Positions 21,213-33,800 of a stretch of 64,000 nt of DNA are shown piece by piece; position 1 is the stretch's first letter, and each line of letters starts with the position of its first letter. The position numbers and the translations under genes are program-made. The stretch is from a virus (lineage: Duplodnaviria > Caudoviricetes): IMG/VR virus record IMGVR_UViG_3300020366_000001, positions 123,436 through 187,435 of that record. One strand, written 5' to 3'. The notes under the pieces are model-generated. The model had not been told where the DNA came from, did not search any database, and saw only the letters and a list, made by a program, of their open reading frames with translations.

Positions 21213-21869
21213 TTAAGCGTTTAAGTGATACCAACCTGTCAAAATATATTTATCTCCCTTGAAAAGCAAGTTTCCTCGATGAGTATGTGTAAAACTTGCT
21301 GGCCAAATAGTTACAGTTCCTTTTGTAGGATTAATCCTACGTTTTTGATAAAAGAACTCAGTCTCGCCACCATCTTCAGGAGGAATATCATTCAGATAAA
21401 TTGCCCACACAAGCATTCTATGGCAATGTTGTAAACCACCTGCCTCATAGTGCCATACGTGATAACCACCACCAGCTGGAGTATGCTGAAATTTAACAGC
21501 ATTGGACATCAAAGACTCGTGAGAAATTTGCCCATACTCGTGCAAATAATGACCCAAACAAGATTGAATGTGTTGGTTACAATGAGATGTCAGATCATTA
21601 TCATTATGATTTACAAGAATTTGTGTATCTTGACGCCCTGACGAACCGTTAGGAAACTGGTGACGACCATCTCCTAAGTTAGTATATGATGCTGAACTTG
21701 GATCTCTCTGACGATTATACCACTCAATGTACTTATCACAAACAGATGCTGACATAAAGTTTGGCCAGACACCAATCCAATCAGAAAAAGATGCCTTGGT
21801 GACATTTTCATCCAACATTAATTCCAAAGGTCGGAATGGAATACATTCCGTTTCACTAGTCATTTGCAT
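21213..21869 (-). CDS. 2OG-Fe(II) oxygenase (prolyl-4-hydroxylase-like)
   Basis: GGYHVWHYE, YLNDI...GGETEF, WPASFTHTHRG, KYILTGW. Confidence 0.9.
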   Translation of the reverse strand: MQMTSETECIPFRPLELMLDENVTKASFSDWIGVWPNFMSASVCDKYIEWYNRQRDPSSASYTNLGDGRHQFPNGSSGRQDTQILVNHNDNDLTSHCNQHIQSCLGHYLHEYGQISHESLMSNAVKFQHTPAGGGYHVWHYEAGGLQHCHRMLVWAIYLNDIPPEDGGETEFFYQKRRINPTKGTVTIWPASFTHTHRGNLLFKGDKYILTGWYHLNA

Positions 21870-21875
21870 TAGTTA

Positions 21876-24824
21876 TCAGGGATATATTGAAGTTCCACAC
21901 TCATCAAAAGTTCCAATTAAACCACCCTTAGCAGCAAATACTGCCAAGGCATTACTAGAATTAAATCCAATACCATTTGCATCATTGGAGATTGCAGTAT
22001 TCAGATCAGAAAGACTAGTCATAGTTGCGGTATTGATGAACGCATTTACCCATCCATCAAAAGCGGTGTCGTGTGGCAATGTCGATAGTATATTAGCATA
22101 AGATGTATGCACTTGTCCAAACACTTGTCCATATGTGATGGAACCCTTAGCAATTTGCGAAGTATAAGCAGTGCTGTAATTACTGGAATCCTCAACAAAA
22201 TTAAGGGTTTCTTGATCGCCATTTGCAAATGATTGATACCCAGCCTTAGTAGTAGCATAACCATTAGCAGTCGTACCAGTTCCAGGAACACAAACAACAG
22301 TCACATTAGCACTAGCGTCATCCTCACCAGCAGCATTTTCAACCGTAATTGTATAATTTGTAGTGGTGGTAGGAGATACTGTTGTACTACCAGAAGTTGT
22401 TGTTGCTCCAAAATTAGAACTTTTGACACCAGTTGCTCCAGTAGAACTCCAAGTCAAGGTAGAGGAAGTAACCTGAGGACTTGAACCGCCACCAATATTC
22501 AATGTCGTGGGACTAGCAGTCAAAGTAACTGCTGGAGGTTGAAGTACACTAACTGTTACACTATTCGTAGCCGTCACGCCAGAAGCATTAGTTGCAGTTA
22601 TAGTATAAACTGTAGTGGCAGTAGGGTATACAACAGTAGTACCAGACAGATCTGTCAAGGCATTCCAAGTAGCATCAGTAGGTGCGGAACTGAATGCAAC
22701 AGTGGAAGCATTAGAAGTAGCCCAAGTAATTGCTGAGTTTGGTGCATCTTCACCCGTTTCACCTGTATTATTGATTGCTGAAGGATCTGCAGAGATAGAA
22801 ACAGTCGCTGCAGGAGGATCCTGAACAGTTACGGTTACATCTGCAGTGTTTGGTCCCTGAGCATTTGACAACGTAATAGTGTATGTCTTTGTTTCAGTTC
22901 CCGTTTGCGTAATATAACCGCTGACAGCATTTCCTGAAGTAGCAATACTATTACCATCATCATCGACAATGGAAACAAATGTGCTGGCATTTTCAGAATA
23001 CCACGACAATAAGAAACTACCATTATACTCTACGGTAGACGGATTAGCACTAAAATCAATTACAGGTATGGTTGGCGTATTAACCGTAACTGTTTCAGTT
23101 GCAGTATTATCACCGTGACTATTTTGTACTGTAATACTATAATTTGTAGTGGTGGTAGGGGTGACGCTGGTGGATCCACTTGCTGATAAAGATCCAGGAC
23201 TACTAGACCAACTAGCATCAGTAACTGTATAAGATCCACCAACAGGTCCAGTCCAAGTTAATGTAGAAGATTCCCCACTATCAATTTCATCGGGGGATGC
23301 TGATAAAGTAATACCAGGAACAACAGCATACTCCACATTAATATTCACAGTGATTCTAAGAACACCATTCCTCCTAACCTCACACTTATACTTAACTACA
23401 TCGCCTCCAACTGTACCACCCTGTAGAGACATCGAAACGATATCATTAACTCTATATCCAGACTTAGCAGTGGTACCTGTTCCACCAACGTTGATCGGAT
23501 CAGAAGAAGCAACCGTTGCACCATCAACTCTAGTAACTTCCACATCGAATTGATATCCATTATCGCATTCATCAAGTTCAAACTGTGCTGTTGCAAATGC
23601 ATCAGATGACGTGGTAGTAACCGTCATCGATGTAATAGTCGTACCTCCTGGTATCGATTTCGCTACTGGGAGATCATCTCCCGCCTGAACATATTGAATA
23701 GGAGAAGTAAGTGCTTCCACTGCAGTACCGCAGTAGATCATAAACTTGCAAGATTGATACTCAGGACTAATATCAGGATCAGTATCTAATCCAATATTCG
23801 CAGATACTTTAGGGGTAATTTGGGTACCATCAAATGCTGCCGCGGCCATATTGGCAGAACACTTGGAGGAAGTTGGTTGAATAGTACATCTGCCATTATT
23901 AATCTCAATATTGCCTTCATTAACATTATTGGCATTCACGCAATAGGCACTATACCATTGTTCGGCACCAGGAAGAATTGATGCATCTTGGTGAGCATTC
24001 TGCGCTCTGTTACCAATAGAATCTCCCCATCCTCTATGATAAGAAGTTGTGTTGACAATACCACCCTTAAAAGAAATCCAATGTGAATGCGGATAAGGAG
24101 TGTCAAAACCAGTATCACCCTGTAAAGTGTATTCGGTAGTGAAATTAGAGGATCCCTTAACTCTACCGTGCTGACCACCAGGAGAACATCTATCAAGTTG
24201 ATTGACAGTAGGACCAAGAGTTGTAGTATAAGGTTTATCACCGTGCCTACCTTGCAAGATACCTGTATTCTTTACATTATGTGAGTGAGGAGGATATGAT
24301 GGGGTACTGTATTCCGATAAATGACCAGACTGTAAAGTTAAACTACCTGAAGATTGAGAAAAACTAAAACTAGCATTACCCGTTCTAGTAGTGTTGTAGG
24401 TAATTTGAGTTGTACCTGCGGTGACACTGATAATCGTTCTTAAATCATCTACCTTAACAGTATTCTTACCACCTGTACTTCCAATTTGCAAAATACTTCC
24501 ATCACTATCAAATTGCTCAAGTGACGGCGCAGTAGAAGTTCCAGGTCTTAAAGATCCCGATCCAACAACTCTTCTATCTCTTAAGTCTGGAAGATTAAAA
24601 TTGCCACTTAGACTCGGATAATCACCAGTTGTGGTACCACCATACGTATTTCCAATAATTTGATATAAAGCAAAGTATTGATTTGGATCTAAACTATCTC
24701 CTTCACATTGCCTCCATCCAGTAGGAGCATAATAATCTCCACTACTATCCTTCGGCATCACACAAATAGTGCCGATCTGTACGCCAGACCAAGAAGGAGA
24801 AGTTTCGGAATAATACTTTGCCAT
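21876..24824 (-). CDS. tail-collar domain fibre protein with Ig/PKD-like repeats
   Basis: GWRQCEG..L....YFALYQIIGNTYGG...FNLPDLR collar motif, followed by several ~85-aa 'A.P......S.LTW....TT.YTIT..N' repeats. Confidence 0.8.
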   Translation of the reverse strand: MAKYYSETSPSWSGVQIGTICVMPKDSSGDYYAPTGWRQCEGDSLDPNQYFALYQIIGNTYGGTTTGDYPSLSGNFNLPDLRDRRVVGSGSLRPGTSTAPSLEQFDSDGSILQIGSTGGKNTVKVDDLRTIISVTAGTTQITYNTTRTGNASFSFSQSSGSLTLQSGHLSEYSTPSYPPHSHNVKNTGILQGRHGDKPYTTTLGPTVNQLDRCSPGGQHGRVKGSSNFTTEYTLQGDTGFDTPYPHSHWISFKGGIVNTTSYHRGWGDSIGNRAQNAHQDASILPGAEQWYSAYCVNANNVNEGNIEINNGRCTIQPTSSKCSANMAAAAFDGTQITPKVSANIGLDTDPDISPEYQSCKFMIYCGTAVEALTSPIQYVQAGDDLPVAKSIPGGTTITSMTVTTTSSDAFATAQFELDECDNGYQFDVEVTRVDGATVASSDPINVGGTGTTAKSGYRVNDIVSMSLQGGTVGGDVVKYKCEVRRNGVLRITVNINVEYAVVPGITLSASPDEIDSGESSTLTWTGPVGGSYTVTDASWSSSPGSLSASGSTSVTPTTTTNYSITVQNSHGDNTATETVTVNTPTIPVIDFSANPSTVEYNGSFLLSWYSENASTFVSIVDDDGNSIATSGNAVSGYITQTGTETKTYTITLSNAQGPNTADVTVTVQDPPAATVSISADPSAINNTGETGEDAPNSAITWATSNASTVAFSSAPTDATWNALTDLSGTTVVYPTATTVYTITATNASGVTATNSVTVSVLQPPAVTLTASPTTLNIGGGSSPQVTSSTLTWSSTGATGVKSSNFGATTTSGSTTVSPTTTTNYTITVENAAGEDDASANVTVVCVPGTGTTANGYATTKAGYQSFANGDQETLNFVEDSSNYSTAYTSQIAKGSITYGQVFGQVHTSYANILSTLPHDTAFDGWVNAFINTATMTSLSDLNTAISNDANGIGFNSSNALAVFAAKGGLIGTFDECGTSIYP

Positions 24825-24825
24825 T

Positions 24826-27051
24826 TTAGTACTTGATGATATACTCCATCACGATGAATGGAGAAGATAATTCGTTAATAGACGCTGCTTCATTATCAGT
24901 AATGCTACAGGTTACTCCTGTTCCTGTCATATCAATATCGAAAGAAGACATATTGAAGTTCAGTGATGCAGACACAGAATAAGAAGACAAACTATGGTTG
25001 TGAGTAATATTACCCTGTGGGGCGATACCAACAACATTAACTTCACACGGTTGCGTAACAACTTCACCGACCGAGGTTACCACACCATCCCCTTGAATAG
25101 AGGAGTCGAATTGCATCGTCTTAGTGTTTGTAACCCTGAATTCAAGTCCGTGATCGTGCTCAGCAGTACCACCAATATCAATAGTTTCCGTAGAAACTAC
25201 AACCCCGCTACCAGAAGATTGAACAGTATTAACTATTTCTTTCTCTAAGACTATTTTATATATTCCGTAAACATCACCTGAGTTTGGGTGCGCCGCCTTA
25301 AAGGCACTTATATAATTAGGATCCTCATATCCACCATCATCAGATGCAATAGTCATAGGATTTTTAATCCTAATTGCGCCATCACCAGTGCTCTTGATAT
25401 TGTAAGGAGATGGAAATGTTACCTTATCATTATTACCATACCCTTGACCACCGTACACAACCTCTTTAACGTTAATACGAGTGTTTTTGTTTGGGTTTCC
25501 ACCAGAACCAGGAAGAGGAGTTATTTTTGCTTTAATTCGCAGACCAGATCCATTTCCAGTTACATTCACCATATCAAATGTCTGGTAACTACTAACTGGC
25601 GATGTGCCATCATCCCAATCAGGTGGGGTGTTACCACCAGCAGTATTATCAAAATTTTCACCTGGCTGACATCTAGACCAGTTCGTGGTAGCTCCATTGC
25701 CCTCAGATGCACGACCGTTGGCATATGGTAAACTAACCCCAGCATTTTGATATACGGAATCATCCATATAAAGATCCGCATTCACTTCAATCCAGTTTGA
25801 ATTGCCATCTCTTTGGAAGTCTCTACGCACAACACCAGCGACAGATTGACCAGGCGCACCGATATTCATCGCATTGAGGTAACTTCTGTTGACTTCGACT
25901 ACATCACCTCTAGATTTAAATCTAATCTTCTTATTATTTTTACGTTGGTCAGGAGGAACATCAAAAGAAAATGCATCCCATAGTCCGTGGTCTTGATTAT
26001 ATTTCTGTCTATCTGGGTGTTGTGGGTGATTTCCGAAAGCAGGTATACAAGTAACCCAATCTCCGCCACCAACTCTAATTTGCAAATCTTCGTTGGTATC
26101 ATTCGGTCTTTCACCACCGTTCATATCTGTGCCCGCCATTGCATACACAGTTACTCTCAAAACATCTCTTAAATCAACATCGACTTCTGCAGATCGTTCA
26201 TTAACAAGAGAACCCTGCAAAGTACCTAAAGACAAGTATTGCAAATTAGGATGATCCGTTGGAACAGTAAATCCAGACATCTCATCAATTGAGGTATCCC
26301 CCCTTGCAGCTCCGTAACTGTCAGGGTCTGGTTGAAATCCATCGTGACTATTTCTATACGACCAACCCTGACCGCCTGTATAGGAGGAAGAATTTTTACC
26401 ATTACGAATTGCAGCACCATTCATAGAAGAAACGGTAGAATTCGTCATATAAATTGTTTGACCACTAGTAGATACGCTTTCTGTATCACCCGCATCACCC
26501 GCTGATGCACCAGTAACGGTGACTTTGGGATTTCCTCTCATAGTGCCATTAGACACCGCAGGAACTTTAGCGCTTCCGTTAAGACTAGCGGTGGCAGTAG
26601 TCTGAATTGTATGTTGATATCCAACACCAGCTCTCTCAACTACAGATCCACTAACCAGATCCCCCATAAACTGCTGACCAGCAGTTTGTCCTGGTTTTAG
26701 AGTTTTAGATCCTAAATTAGGAACACAAAACGTTCCACCAGTAAAATTGCCCGCTGCATCAAATGTCGGATCTAATAAACTCGCTCCAGCATTTGCTGGA
26801 GAAAATCTACATCCAGGTACGTTAGTAGTTACTCCATCAACAGTAACGCTTCCTCCGTTAGGTCCAACACCAATAATTCTTGCTAGCGCAGGATAGAGAT
26901 TTGCTTGCAGAATTGTACCGTCACAACGAATATATCCTGCTGGTACTTTATTTCTTTTATCAGTATCATTCTGAACTGCCGAACTAAACGGCATAATCAT
27001 ACCAGGAGCAACACCCTGAGCACCTTTAATTGCTGAATATGACTTTGCCAT
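24826..27051 (-). CDS. tail-collar domain fibre protein
   Basis: PAGYIRCDG..L....YPALARIIG...VPNL collar motif; ends EYIIKY. Confidence 0.8.
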   Translation of the reverse strand: MAKSYSAIKGAQGVAPGMIMPFSSAVQNDTDKRNKVPAGYIRCDGTILQANLYPALARIIGVGPNGGSVTVDGVTTNVPGCRFSPANAGASLLDPTFDAAGNFTGGTFCVPNLGSKTLKPGQTAGQQFMGDLVSGSVVERAGVGYQHTIQTTATASLNGSAKVPAVSNGTMRGNPKVTVTGASAGDAGDTESVSTSGQTIYMTNSTVSSMNGAAIRNGKNSSSYTGGQGWSYRNSHDGFQPDPDSYGAARGDTSIDEMSGFTVPTDHPNLQYLSLGTLQGSLVNERSAEVDVDLRDVLRVTVYAMAGTDMNGGERPNDTNEDLQIRVGGGDWVTCIPAFGNHPQHPDRQKYNQDHGLWDAFSFDVPPDQRKNNKKIRFKSRGDVVEVNRSYLNAMNIGAPGQSVAGVVRRDFQRDGNSNWIEVNADLYMDDSVYQNAGVSLPYANGRASEGNGATTNWSRCQPGENFDNTAGGNTPPDWDDGTSPVSSYQTFDMVNVTGNGSGLRIKAKITPLPGSGGNPNKNTRINVKEVVYGGQGYGNNDKVTFPSPYNIKSTGDGAIRIKNPMTIASDDGGYEDPNYISAFKAAHPNSGDVYGIYKIVLEKEIVNTVQSSGSGVVVSTETIDIGGTAEHDHGLEFRVTNTKTMQFDSSIQGDGVVTSVGEVVTQPCEVNVVGIAPQGNITHNHSLSSYSVSASLNFNMSSFDIDMTGTGVTCSITDNEAASINELSSPFIVMEYIIKY

Positions 27052-27875
27052 TAGAATGCCTTGATGATATAAACTGCAGTCTGATATGGAACCGTGGTAG
27101 TAAACGCAGCGTTACCAAGGTTTGGATTATTATTTATCGTCACATTACTAGTACTTGGCGAGAATTCTAAAGTTTGAGATCCCGATTTCAAATTGTGAGG
27201 CATAACCTGATACGTAATAGCGTCGTGTTTATGCGATCCAGGTTCTCTCTGCATTCTATTAGATTCATCAGAGTTTGAAGTGCCCGCAAGGTTTACACGT
27301 GAAGTTCCAGATAGTCCTTGAGAGATTCTAAGAGTAGGACCAGGACCGCCTTGTTCAGCGTCATCATTACCATTATATGCAATACTATTAGCGTTTTGAA
27401 CTTTCCACCGAGCGCCTTGGAATAAGTGGTTATGCTTAGGCAAGTTTTCAAAGGACATCACACGAGGTTGAACCTTTGCTTGCTTTTGGTAAATAGATCC
27501 ACCTGCTGCAGAACCTGATACAGCTGATGAAGCAACCGTAACAGTTCTGTTGGGATACGAAACAATATTCCAATCTGCATTAACAATAGTGGTAACTGAA
27601 GTTCCTCCACCAGTAGCAGAGGAATATGCACTACCCTTACCATAAAGAACTTTGCCAGTATTATTAAGATTGGGTAGTTGAAACGTTCCACTAGCCTCAG
27701 ATCCACCATAAGTGTATCCAATAGCTTCTTTCAATGCAGGATAATCGTCTTCATCCTGCGTGGATCCATCACACGCTAACCATCCTATAGGACATTCATT
27801 GGCAGCACCAGTCCACGCCATAATTGTGCCGATAGCGGCATTTTTGAATCCACGAATTTCGTGTAGTGTTTTCAT
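27051..27875 (-). CDS. tail-collar domain protein (short fibre-like)
   Basis: IGTIMAW...P.GWLACDG.....DYPAL..AIGYTYGG...FQLPNL; ends YIIKAF. Confidence 0.85.
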   Translation of the reverse strand: MKTLHEIRGFKNAAIGTIMAWTGAANECPIGWLACDGSTQDEDDYPALKEAIGYTYGGSEASGTFQLPNLNNTGKVLYGKGSAYSSATGGGTSVTTIVNADWNIVSYPNRTVTVASSAVSGSAAGGSIYQKQAKVQPRVMSFENLPKHNHLFQGARWKVQNANSIAYNGNDDAEQGGPGPTLRISQGLSGTSRVNLAGTSNSDESNRMQREPGSHKHDAITYQVMPHNLKSGSQTLEFSPSTSNVTINNNPNLGNAAFTTTVPYQTAVYIIKAF

Positions 27876-30800
27876 CAGAGTTCAATTAAACGCCAACCCA
27901 TTGCCGAGTTAATAAACACAAGTCCTAATCCTGCGCCAGGAGTTTGAATAACCATCTTACCTTCATCGTCACCTTGAATAGGAACGATATCAGCAGCACT
28001 TTGATTAGTTTGAATTAGAACCGCTTTATTATATGTCAAGGTATCTGTAGTATCTATAATTCTAATCTGATCTCCTTTTTGAGCAGATGGTAAAGTTAAC
28101 GCAAGTTGCGCACCACTGAATGAAGTCACATAATAATTAGTGTTCGCAGCCAAAGTAGTTGCAGTACTCACTTCTTCCCACTTAGCGCCACCAGTTGCGG
28201 TAAAGTATCCAGTAATAGGTCCAACATCAATAGATCCAGCACTATTAACCTTAAATCTGTTAGTGCCACCATCATTAACATCTAAGGTACCGCCTTCAAA
28301 TTCGGCGTTACCATCCATCACAATGTTACCAGTGCCGTAGATGTTACCACTAATACCAGCACCACCATCAACAATCAAAGCACCAGTAGTAGCGCTAGAA
28401 GCATTAGTAGTACTGTGAACTCTCAGAGTGCCAGTATTGTCAGTATTATTACCAACAACAGTATTGCCATTAGAAGAATCAATGCTGAAGACGGTATCAT
28501 CATTGATGTGAGTCTTCTTAACGCTAAAGTTATTGCCAAGTGTAGTTTCTCCATCAGATGCAATTCTGATGCGAGGATTAGTATCACTACCATCTAAGAT
28601 GAAGGAAGTTTCACCAGTACCAATGATCTTGATTCTCTCAGTAGTCTGATTAGTAATTCTAAATTGTTGAGACGCAGAAATCTCAACTCTAGTAGATCCA
28701 TTAACAGAGAGGGCATATCCAGTTTCAGGAGTTGCCAGACCAATAGAAGTATTACCGCTAGCATCTTGCTGTAAACCGCCACTAGAGTTACCAAGACGGA
28801 AAGATCCATCAGATTTAACAACTAACTTTGCGGTAGAAGTATCTGAGAAGTGATCATTAGAGTAGTTTGCATCACCAACAACAAAGTTTTGACCTTGATA
28901 GGTAACATAGTTGGCTGATGCAGCATCATCATTCTGACTAATGTCAGCACGAAGGTTGCCAGAACCAGTACCATCATCTTTCTGGAACATCTTAATGTTA
29001 CCACCACGGACGTACAGATCCTTAGTAACAGTTAAATCACCAACCAGTTCGTGAGAACCATTGCTCAAAGCAGTCAGAGTGCCGTCAATAGTCAGGTCAC
29101 CGCTAGATTGACCACCACCAACAGATTCAACAGGAGCACTACCAATAGTACCGCCTCTAACAACAACGTCGCCACCAACCCAAAGACCATTAGTGTTCTG
29201 AACTGCAGTGACATCACCTGTGTTGATAGAAACTCTACCCAGACCATCACCATCATCGTCATAAACACGGAATGTGTGCTGACCAGCAGGGTTAGTATTG
29301 TCACCACCAACCCACAGAGACTTATGGAAAATACCAGAACCCTCAACGTCCAGAGTCTGCTGAGGAATTACACTAGCGTTAGTAGTACGGGTATTCTTCA
29401 GGTTAATACCCAGACGCATATCAGATCCACCAGTAGAGTTGGAAGATCCAGTACCAGTAGTGTAGGTGGTCAGTGCATCAGCACCAATTACACCCCATTC
29501 TCTCCATCCATAATCTGGAGTTTCACCTGATTGGAATCCACCAATCTGACACCAGATCCAACCAACAGCAGTGTTGTAGTTGATGCTAGAAATTCTATGT
29601 GCTTCACCAACAGTCTCAGTACCACGCAGAGTAATAGTACCCTCACGCTTAAATGTTTCACTACTAGGAACATTCTTGCCCTTAGTAGACTTAATCTCAT
29701 AAGTAAGACCACTAGTGCTTCTAGGATTAACCTCCCAAACAGCAAACTGAATAGTGTTTGGTTTCAGCGGGGGGTGAATATTGATATCAGTGTCAACTAG
29801 ACCCGAATCAACGCTAGAACTAGTAACGTTACCAACTGACTTGATTGTAATAGATGCGGGATCATTCAGATCATTTGAATATTCATCATCCACCTCAACC
29901 GTAATAGGGGTGGAGAAGAATGTACCGTCAGGAGCAGAAACTTCAAAACTGGTATTCAGATCAAATTTGACTTTGTTCTGTACAGTCAGAGTATCGATTG
30001 TGAGGTCAGTGGTATTTTCCTCTTCATCAACGTTCTCACCAGCAACACGCAGGATAGAATCATCGATCTTAGTCTCTTCACCAGAGATAGCGTTGATACG
30101 CTGGTTACCCACGAACAGGTCACCGTTAGCGTTCAGACCAGAGTAGAAGACCACACCGCCGTCTTGACGCTTCGCCTGAGAGAACAGGACTTCATCGTCA
30201 GAGAGCACATACTCCTGTCTAGAGGGGAATGCGGTGGAGTAGTTACCAGGACCGAAACCAGTGTATTCAAAGGTGTGGTTACCAGATCGTGCCTGAGAAG
30301 GACGACGAAGTTCCACATAAAGTCTGCGGTCAGCAACAGCATTACTGCTACCTTCAACGCCAATCAAACGATCTTCACGTGAAGCAACTGCCTTACCATC
30401 CATTGCTGCCAGAGTAACAGTAGAATCTCTGCCAACATTTGACATAAGATTTTCAACTGCTTCTCTAGTAACGCTATTCTTATTGTCATTGGTCTCCACA
30501 AGACCGTGGACATAGTTGTCAGCAACAGAGATAGTTGCAGGAGCATCTAGAATTGTACTGCCATCTCCATCAGGGTCAAACCACAGAGGATCATCAGCAA
30601 ACAGTTCAGGATACAGTTTTTCAGTTGGGTGACCAAACTTAAAGGTGTTGAATTCAGTAACCGATGGAGAGAAGTCACCACGCAAGCAAGTCAGATAGTA
30701 GATACCATCCTGCTGGTTATAGATTCTACGACGCAAAGTCTTAGATCTATACACATAATAGGTATTATCAATCTCCTCAACATCCTCAACACTAACAATC

Positions 30801-33800
30801 TTATAGTCTTTCTGGTTGCCATCTGCCTCATCACGGACAAAATCACCAGGAGTTAGGGTGTAGACAGGAGCATTACGAATGACATACTGTTTACCCAAAT
30901 CTTGCGCATAGTCTTTAAAGTTGTCACGACCACCGTTAGGTTCCTCGTCAAGAATACCAGTAGAACCACCGCTAGCAAGAATAGTTTGATTATTAGCATC
31001 ATACTTCAAATACTGCAGCAGAGAGAAATCACCCTTAAGAATCAAACGAGTAATACCACCCTCAACATATGCCTTATGTACAACAGGCAGACTAGAACTA
31101 ATAGCAGTGCTCTCAGAATGACCAGACCAAGCAACAGTCAGACCCTCTTGGAATGCACCACCAGTGACACTATTCAGTTTAACTTCTGTCAGAATAGTAC
31201 CAGAGGGAATTGCAGTACCAGAAGCAATATCAGTATTAATTGTATGGTTAAAGCAAGTTAACTCAACACGGTTGATAGCATTTACTTGCTTCTCTCTAGC
31301 AGACTCAATGGTAAATCTAATACCAGAATCAGTAACCAGAGATTTAAGGTTGCCAGTAATATATGGATCATAATTGAAATCATTCTGGATCTCAAGTTTA
31401 TTGCTATTCTGATCAACAGTAGCACTTGAACCATAGAAGACAGGCATATCAGTAGTGCCGTCTACTGCCTCAAGAATGATCTTCTGAGGTCTTAGTCTTC
31501 TATTCTCGTCAGTACGCTGCTTAATGACATAACCGAGCAGCGGCTCTCTGACGTTGTTAATTTCCTTTGGAATGACGTATCTGAGACGATAGATACGATC
31601 ATCTTCCCTACGTCTATCGTTGATTCGCTTGAGGTAGGTGTTTGCTGTTGTGATTGTTTCTTCATTGACATAAACATCCAGGTTAGAAACGCGATCATAG
31701 ATCTGGTTTGGTTTTTGAGTGGTGTTGATAACATTCAAGTACCACAGACCATTACGACCAGGAGATGTAGTCATCTCAGGATCATATCTCAGCGGGTGTC
31801 TGGTATTACAGGAATACACATAAACTTCATCTTGTCCTGCTTGTCCAACAGTACCAGAAGAAGTAATACTATGAGGAACACCACCGCCAGAAGTTGCTAA
31901 TGCAGCAGTTGTTGCAACTTTGAATTTGTTGATATTGCCACCTGTATTGTCATAGATGACATAATACATTTTATTGGCGTCTAAACCGCCAGGAATCGCA
32001 GAACCTGTTTTGGCACGGAAGAAAACAGCGGTTGCAGTTTTAGTAGCAAAACCTTTGTCAAAACCGTGAGGTGCTTCCAGAGTAAACTCATTGGTAGCAG
32101 GATCTGCAGCAGTAATCTTATACTTAAATGGTGTCGGATTAACATCGAAGATGTACTGAACCATCTCGATCTCAACACCACTATTAAGTGCTTCTGGCAC
32201 GTAAATAGCGTTACCAGCAGCGGCATCATCGACGGATGCTGCTAACAGGAACGTAGACAGATCTTCAGTTGCAAAAGTAACTGAAGGAGGAACTGGTGCA
32301 GTATGACGACCAGGAGCAATAATATAATAAACTGTATTCGGACTTAAACCCTTAGGCAGACGAATCAATTCATTAGAGACAGCACTATTTGTCTTCTTCG
32401 GAACCAATCGAACTGGGGTTCCTGTATAGAGACCGTGTGCCTCATTACAGGTAAAGATTGTAGAACGATAAGTAATTGTCTCATTCTGAGCATTTTGCAC
32501 AGACTGAGTTGCAGGAGTGATTGTAGTAACTCGGAAAGTATCAAAACCTGAAGGGAAAAGACTTGCACTCTGCTCTTGAGGACCAGATTCACCTGCTTGG
32601 AGATTAGCTTCCAATTTGGCGAAGATTTTATCTTCACGCTTACCACCGACCTTATAGTCTTGAATAATATAAGTCGGAGTGTTGTCAGGATCGGAAACCT
32701 CTTCAGGTTCGCCAGCAAGATAGATTTTATTTTGACCAGAAGGTTCTTTAGTTGCAAGAACGTCAATACCGTAATACGGAGGTTGAGTATTATCTTCTAA
32801 ATCAATTTTCTGAGGAGGAATAATGTCGGTGACATATCCTTGCTTATCTTGGAAGAAAGCAAATCCCTTAAATCCGATAGCATCCAGAGCGGTGTTACCG
32901 AAGTTGGAGTTAGAGTTGGTGATAGAGATGTCAGCACCAGACTCAATCAGGAAGTGATCTGCGAAACCCACAGCGAAGATCGACACCGCCTGAATGAATG
33001 CATCATTCGACAGACGGACGTGAGCATTACGCCAGGTGTTCTTAAAGTATGCTCTACCATCAGTGTGGTAGGGAGTAGTTGCAAACGAACCAGATGCCAG
33101 TTCTTCTGGATCAGTAACAGTGTTACCATCCCACGCAGAGTCAAACTGAGCAGTCTCTTCGTTGAATTTAGTAAATGCACGGTCATCCTTCTGCAGTGAC
33201 ACACCCGTATACTGGGCGCACACCATAGATTTAAAACCAGTAACCTTAGATCCATCAGCGTGCATACCGCTGAGACCCCACACAGAGCGGATCGACAGGT
33301 TAAACATATACGGTGACGCAGAGTCAACCGTATCAATTTCTGCCTGAACAACAGCGTTTTCGTTCAGTCTGTTTGGTGGCAGAGATGCAGTAGTATAAGT
33401 AGTACCCGAGATTAATGAAGTGATATTCTCGTTTACTCTATAGAAGAATAATGTATTATCTGCAGGGTCAAGACGTGTAATCAAGAACGAACCGTGCAGA
33501 TCACTGGTTAAACCAGTCTCGTCAATAGTGACGAATTGCCCCACAAAGTAACCGTGAGGTGCTTTAGTCTTAACACGAATCTCAGTAGCGTTTCCACCCA
33601 GTGTCTGAGGTGTGATAGACTCAATAATCTTTTTATCCGACAGAGGACCCACAATCCTGTTTTCCAGGTCAGTCTCTGTAATTGCACCGTCTACGTTGAT
33701 GTCGGTAACAACGTTTTCGTATGCATCACCGATCTTGTCGTAATAGAGCTCAAGATCTTCAGCATCAGCGAACTCAAAGTTCGTGATTTTGTGGTGAGAG

